From positions 1 through 24,335 of the forward strand of contig CAJNOJ010000203.1 in NCBI GenBank assembly GCA_905250025.1: 24,335 nucleotides of DNA, in the 5' to 3' direction. Origin of the DNA: Adineta ricciae. Lineage: Eukaryota. Under the pieces are notes generated by a model that saw only the letters and a program-made list of their open reading frames with translations, was not told the origin of the DNA and did no database searches. The stretch's first letter is position 1. Each line of letters starts with the position of its first letter. Below are positions 19,363 through 24,335 of the stretch, piece after piece. The translations under genes and the position numbers were made by a program.

Positions 19363-22300
19363 ATGGCCGATTCAAAAGTTAGCGGTGGTAAGACCAGTCA
19401 TCGGATGTATACAATACGAAACTCTAAATGTGTTCTTTGCTACTTTAGTCTATCGAATTCCTCCTTTCTACTATTTACATGTACTTGATCAAAATACCAA
19501 CGTCACTCGACTTGAAGTTGGTCCAAAAACCTTCGTCAAGCAAGATCATGAGAAGGTCATCCTCGGACCTGAACGCATGTTAATCATTCCGTATGTTCGC
19601 ATTCAATGTGATCGAAAGTAGTCATCTTATTTCTTTCGTATTTTCCTCTTTAGACCACGTCACTATTGTGTAGTGGAGAATCCAGCCATTCGAGACAAAG
19701 ATGGCAAAGTTGTTACAGATTCGAATGGTCAAGTGAAATTGCTTCACTCAGATGTTGATATTCGTTTCGCCCAAGAGCCATTTCCCCTCTATCCAGGAGA
19801 AGTTCTCAAACAAGCAGTCACACCATTAAAAGTCATTGAGCCTAACTGTGCATTACGTCTTCGTGCCGTCTTGGATTTTGTTGATGAAAACGATAAACAA
19901 ATTCGAGCTGGAGACGAATTTCTCTTTCAAGGACCTGGTATGCTTTGAAAAAAAAACCATCTCGTGTCAGTCATTCTTTCCCTTTCTTTTAGGTACCTAT
20001 CTTCCTCGTAAGGAGGTTAGTGTTGAAGAACAAATCAAAGCAGTCATCTTGAAACCAGGCGAAGCCGTTCGTTTACGTGCTAAAAAAGAAATGACAGATC
20101 GCGATGGTATTGAACGCGAAACAGGCGAAGAATGGCTGAACCGAACAGTCGGATCCTACTTACCCTTAGCCTATGAAGAAGTTGTCTCAACAGTCAAAGC
20201 CTATGTGCTTACTGATAAAGTGTGTATTTACCGCTACGATCTAATTCAAAATACACGACGAATGTTTGGGTTTGTTTTGTAGAAAGCACTTCATGTCCGT
20301 GCACTGCGCACATTTACGGATGCATTCAAACACAAACGTCTTCATGGTGAAGAATGGTTAATCTATGCCAGCGATGCCGAAACCTACATTCCCGACGTAT
20401 ATGAAGAGGTAGATTGGACAGCACTGTTTTGGAAAATAATATGAATTTGAATTTGATAGGTTGTTGGCGTTGTATCTGTAACCGTGTTGAACTCTCGTCA
20501 ATATTGCGTCATTCTTGATCCAGTTGGTTCTGACGGTAAACCACAGCTTGGAAAGAAAAAACTCGTTAAAGTATGATGCGCTCCAACTTGTATAAAGCAG
20601 AAAATATATCTAAATATCTTTTATAGGGCGAAAAATCCTTCTTCCTTCAGCCCGGTGAAAAATTAGCTAAAGGCATTCAAGATGTCTACGTTCTTGAAGA
20701 AGATGAAGGTCTTATCCTACGTTGCACAGAATCATTCAAAGAAGATGGGGTAAGTTTGTGACCATCGATCAATACATAATAAACTGTTTTGACGTTTTAT
20801 AGAAAGTCGTTAGAAATCCTGGTGATCGCTGGATGGTTCGCGGGCCTAAAGATTATATTCCAGCTGTTGAAGCTGAAGTTGTTCTTCGTCGTAAAGCAAC
20901 CCCATTGGATGTCAATGAAGGAATTTACGTTCGTGATGTTAAAACCGGTAAAATTCGATCGGTCATCGGCAGTACATATTTATTGACTGAAAATGAAGAA
21001 CTTTGGGAAAAAGATTTACCAGCACAAGTTGAGCAATTGATCACTTTAGATCCACGATACTTTGAAGATAAAGCAGGACTTCCTACTACTATTCCACCAC
21101 GTGATAAATCTAAAGTTGTTGTCTACCGTGTGCCACACAATGCATGTGTACAAATCTACGATTATAAATCAAAGAAGGCGCGTATTGTTTTTGGTCCTGA
21201 ACTCGTTATGCTTGGTCCCGATGAGCAATTCACCGTTTTGAATCTTTCCGGTGAAAAACCCAAAGTACCCAACAAAATCCGTGCTATCTGTCTTCTCTTG
21301 GGCCCGGAGTTTTCCAGTGATATTGTTACCATTGAATCAAGTGACCATGCTCGTCTATCTCTTCGACTTTCTTACAACTGGCACTTCGAAGTACGAAGAA
21401 TAGATTTCAGCAAACTAGATTTCATTGACGGTTTTGTTTACTTGTAGGTTACTGATCGTAATGACCCGAAAGAAGTTGCTAAACTCTTTTCAGTCCCTGA
21501 CTTCATCGGAGATTTCTGCAAAGCTGTTGCTGCCAAGATCCGTGGTGCCGTTGCTGCTATCCCTTTCGATGATTTTCATAAGAACTCAGCTAAAATCATT
21601 CGTACATCAGTATTTGGCCTTGATGAAAATAAACGAGTCAACAACCGATTACTATTTCCACAAAATAACTTGGTTTTAACTTCAATTGATATTCAAAGTG
21701 TCGAACCTGTTGATCAACGAACACGTGATGCACTTCAGAAGAGTGTCCAATTGGCTATCGAAGTATGTTGCGAAAGACAAGATTGAATTGTAGATAGAAA
21801 ATAATGATGATGATGATATCATTTAGATCACAACCAATTCACAAGAGGCTCAAGCTAAACATATGGCCTCTCGAACTGAACAAGAAGCCAAAGGTCATTT
21901 GGAACGACAGAAGATTACCGATGAAGCTGAAGGTAAGATTGAACCTGGCGAAAAATAGGACCGGGAAAACATCTATTGTTTATTTTTTTCAGCTGAAAAG
22001 GCTCGACGAAAACTATTGCAACTTCAAGCACTATCAGCTGCTGTTGAATCAACCGGTCAATCGCGTGCTGAAGCACAATCACGAGCTGAAGCTGCTAAAA
22101 TCGAGGGTGAAGCAGCAGTTGAACAAGGTAATATGATAACATTCTTTTGTTGAATAATTTTTAAACAACATAATTTCATTTTTTTTAGCCACACTTCGTG
22201 CCCAAGCAGCTAAGATCGAAGCTGACATCGAACTTTACCGATTAACTCAAGCTCGTGAATTGGAATTGAGCTATTCGAAATTAGTTTCTGATCTTGAAAT

Positions 22301-22588
22301 TGAAAAAGCCAAACGATTAGCTGATATCGAAACTGAAGAATTCAAACAACATGTTTCTGCTATTGGACCTAAGACCATACAAGCAATCGCAACAAGCGGA
22401 CCTGATAATCAAGTACGACTTTGCTTTTTGGAGTTCAAATTGATCTTTTTTATGAAAACCTTTGTTTTTAGGTCAAACTTCTTCAAGCACTTGGTATCAA
22501 ATCAACTTTGATCACTGATGGACGTAGTCCAATCAATCTTTTCAACACAGCTGTTGATTTAGTTGGAACACCAGCTGTGCAACAATAA
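19363..22588 (+). CDS. MVP: Major vault protein (MVP), complete copy A; 13 exons
   Basis: Exons 19363-19387, 19449-19590, 19654-19937, 19993-20219, 20283-20408, 20460-20570, 20627-20749, 20803-21390, 21448-21762, 21827-21932, 21993-22127, 22189-22412, 22472-22588 (stop TAA 22586-22588); introns 51-64 bp, all GT-AG. It is colinear with human MVP along the whole length: [29 protein letters not shown] ([28 protein letters not shown]); [14 protein letters not shown]; GEEWL repeats; [24 protein letters not shown]; [52 protein letters not shown]; [34 protein letters not shown]; coiled-coil cap [40 protein letters not shown]; and the C-terminus [27 protein letters not shown]. Confidence 0.92.
21688..21846 (+). 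repeat. 159-bp tract ~99% identical (2 mismatches) to the inverted tract at 24077-24235 in MVP copy B; spans the end of one exon, an entire 64-bp intron (21763-21826) and the start of the next exon
   Basis: Direct comparison of 21688-21846 with the reverse complement of 24077-24235 gives gatattcaaagtgtcgaacctgttgatcaacgaacacgtgatgcacttcagaagagtgtYcaattggctatcgaag GTATGTTGCGAAAGAMAAGATTGAATTGTAGATAGAAAATAATGATGATGATGATATCATTTAG atcacaaccaattcacaaga. The flanking coding DNA of the two copies is only about 70-75% identical, and that divergence is mostly synonymous. Confidence 0.85.
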
Positions 22589-23401
22589 TCAGCACTCATG
22601 CAAACAACTAAAACCCATATGAGTGCCGTCAGATTTTTCAAAAACAAAATCCAACACTTCATTGTGACAGTTCTTACCTTTTTGTGTAACCTATAGAAAA
22701 TTTTGTTTTCAAGCATCATTTAAGAAATAAATACTATACATATACATACGTTAAAGTTCATATTTTTACTCAAATGTTCAGAACGACAATAGAAGATCGA
22801 TCTGAAGTCGGTTGATTATTCGTGAGATTTGGTGACTGATGTGTAAAGAAAAAATATTTATATCCGAAGGCTTATATGTTGATAAAACGCAAAAGGTAGT
22901 GACGTCAAGTGTTTGCGTTTATTGTCCCTATATCCCTGCCGCGCATAGCAAGGAACAACAGTATTGGGTTATGTCTTTCTATAGAAAAAAAAAACTACGA
23001 AAACCAATTTCTTTGTCGAAGTTTAGTGAATTCACATTTCTCACTATGATTCATTCTCAACTTCGAACCCTCGACAAATGACCTCATTTTCACCTTTATA
23101 AAGTCCACGATGTGAGAATAGAGGGATGAGGTGTGCGAGCTCCTCCTACTTCTTCTTCTTCGTAGCACCTGGGAAATTTTCTCTATTCTGTATCTGCAAA
23201 AATGATTGAACAATGTTGGTCAAGCCATCCTCATTTTTAGCGACAATCGAGAAGCAATACGTTGGCAAAAGAACGTGTTTAGTTTTGTTGTCAGATTTAT
23301 TATTCATACATAAACTTGAAAGGAGAACATAATCAAGCTAAAAGTTTTATTATAAAATAACATGAAGACAAGTGCACGAAGTTCTCAATATCGCATCGGG
23401 T

Positions 23402-24335
23402 TTATTCGTTTTCGACGACTTGATATCCGTTTGAAGTGTTTCGGGATGCTCCAGCATTTCGGTTGGTGTTTGTGGTTAAACCACCAAGAAGGCCTTGGCC
23501 AAATCCCATAAGATTGATCGGTGTATGACCATCGGTGACAAGCATTGATTGAAGACCGAGTGCTTGAAGAAGTTTGACTTGAGTATCTGGACCAGAGGTA
23601 GCGATGGCTTGAATGGTGGACGATCCAATGGATTCGACTTGTAATTTGAATTTTTCTGTTTCAATGTGTGACATTTCGGCTTTTTTACTAATTTCTAATT
23701 CATTTTGATCATGAAGAAATTTGATCTCAGCTTCACGAGCTAATTTCAAGCGTGATAATTCAGCCTCGGCTTCGATACGAGTAGCTTCAGCTTTGAGACG
23801 AGCTATTCAAAAGAAGAAATTAGCAATGTGAAGAGGTCGAAAAAACTTTCTCTACCTTGTTCGACGGCAGCTTCTCCTTCGATTTTGGCAGATTCTGCTC
23901 GACTTTGAGCTTCAGCTTTAGCTTGGCCAGTTGATTCGACAGCAGCTGATTGTGCTTGTAATTCGAGAAGTTGTTTACGAACTTCCTCAGCTTCAGCTTC
24001 ATCTTTAATACGTTGTCGTTCTAATAAACCTTTGGCTTCTTGTTCACGCCGTGAAGCCTCATGTTTAGCGGCAGCTTCTTGTGAATTGGTTGTGATCTAA
24101 ATGATATCATCATCATCATTATTTTCTATCTACAATTCAATCTTTTCTTTCGCAACATACTTCGATAGCCAATTGAACACTCTTCTGAAGTGCATCACGT
24201 GTTCGTTGATCAACAGGTTCGACACTTTGAATATCGATGGATGTGATAACGAGATTATTTTGAGGGAAAACAAATTGATCGCGAACGCGTTTATCAGCAT
24301 CAAGACCGAAAACTGCGGCACGGATGATTTCTGCT
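23402..24335 (-). CDS. MVP: Major vault protein paralog (copy B), C-terminal three exons; gene continues beyond the window end; convergent with copy A
   Basis: Exons (minus) 24335(partial)-24161, 24096-23856, 23802-23402 (stop TAA 23404-23402); introns 64 and 53 bp. Protein ...[58 protein letters not shown]|[80 protein letters not shown]|[108 protein letters not shown]... It is about 70% identical to copy A in protein sequence. It lacks two introns that copy A has, at the DEAEAE|K site and before VKLLQ. Its C-terminal tail differs. Confidence 0.88.
24077..24235 (-). repeat. Partner of the 21688-21846 tract (inverted orientation) inside MVP copy B, including its 64-bp intron 24160-24097
   Basis: See the 21688-21846 entry. 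The intron length (64 bp) and sequence are conserved except for one C/A difference. Confidence 0.85.

Noticed and set aside
22839-23213. ORFs 22839..23081 (plus) and 22995..23213 (minus) in the spacer between the two MVP copies
   Set aside because: I found no recognisable domain. They are low complexity (poly-K/R), overlap each other, and lie where the two MVP 3'UTRs and polyA signals (22726-22731 and about 23350 on minus) are expected. They are most likely non-coding.

Overview
This window is eukaryotic, not prokaryotic: a compact, AT-rich metazoan-type segment with 13 spliced protein-coding genes in about 24 kb. No rRNA, tRNA, CRISPR array or transposon was recognisable. Every intron I could place is canonical GT-AG and tiny, 37-143 bp and mostly 45-65 bp. 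Gene identities rest on my reading of the translations against well-known human and yeast proteins. Exon edges were placed by reading frame, GT/AG signals and homolog alignment, and should be treated as +/- a few nt or one alternative splice site. In order, the genes are:
- POLR2B/RPB2 N-terminus (minus strand, runs off the 5' edge).
- Type-II alternative NADH dehydrogenase (NDH-2) with an EF-hand-like insert.
- LSM1.
- A PAN2-like protein truncated after the WD40/linker region.
- CRIPT.
- HINT.
- A soluble ACE-like M2 peptidase (minus).
- A Disabled (DAB) PTB adaptor (minus).
- An intronless class-A orphan GPCR (minus).
- Sulfite oxidase with an N-terminal cytochrome b5 domain (minus).
- An SLC35E-like transporter.
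- Major vault protein (MVP-A, 13 exons).
- A second, convergent MVP paralog (MVP-B, minus, runs off the 3' edge).
The most interesting observations are:
(i) A same-strand run NDH2-LSM1-PAN2-CRIPT-HINT has AATAAA signals followed within 17-140 nt by a strong 3' splice acceptor abutting the next ATG at three of its four junctions. This is an operon / SL trans-splicing signature. Such acceptors sit 0-45 nt upstream of 11 of the 12 in-window start codons.
(ii) The two tail-to-tail MVP paralogs are about 70-75% identical at DNA level but share a 159-bp tract of about 99% identity that includes a whole 64-bp intron, consistent with gene conversion.
(iii) An animal NDH-2 with a degenerate EF-hand pair.
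(iv) A PAN2 homolog lacking the UCH and DEDD nuclease domains, adjacent to LSM1 (both mRNA-decay factors).
(v) 37-bp introns.
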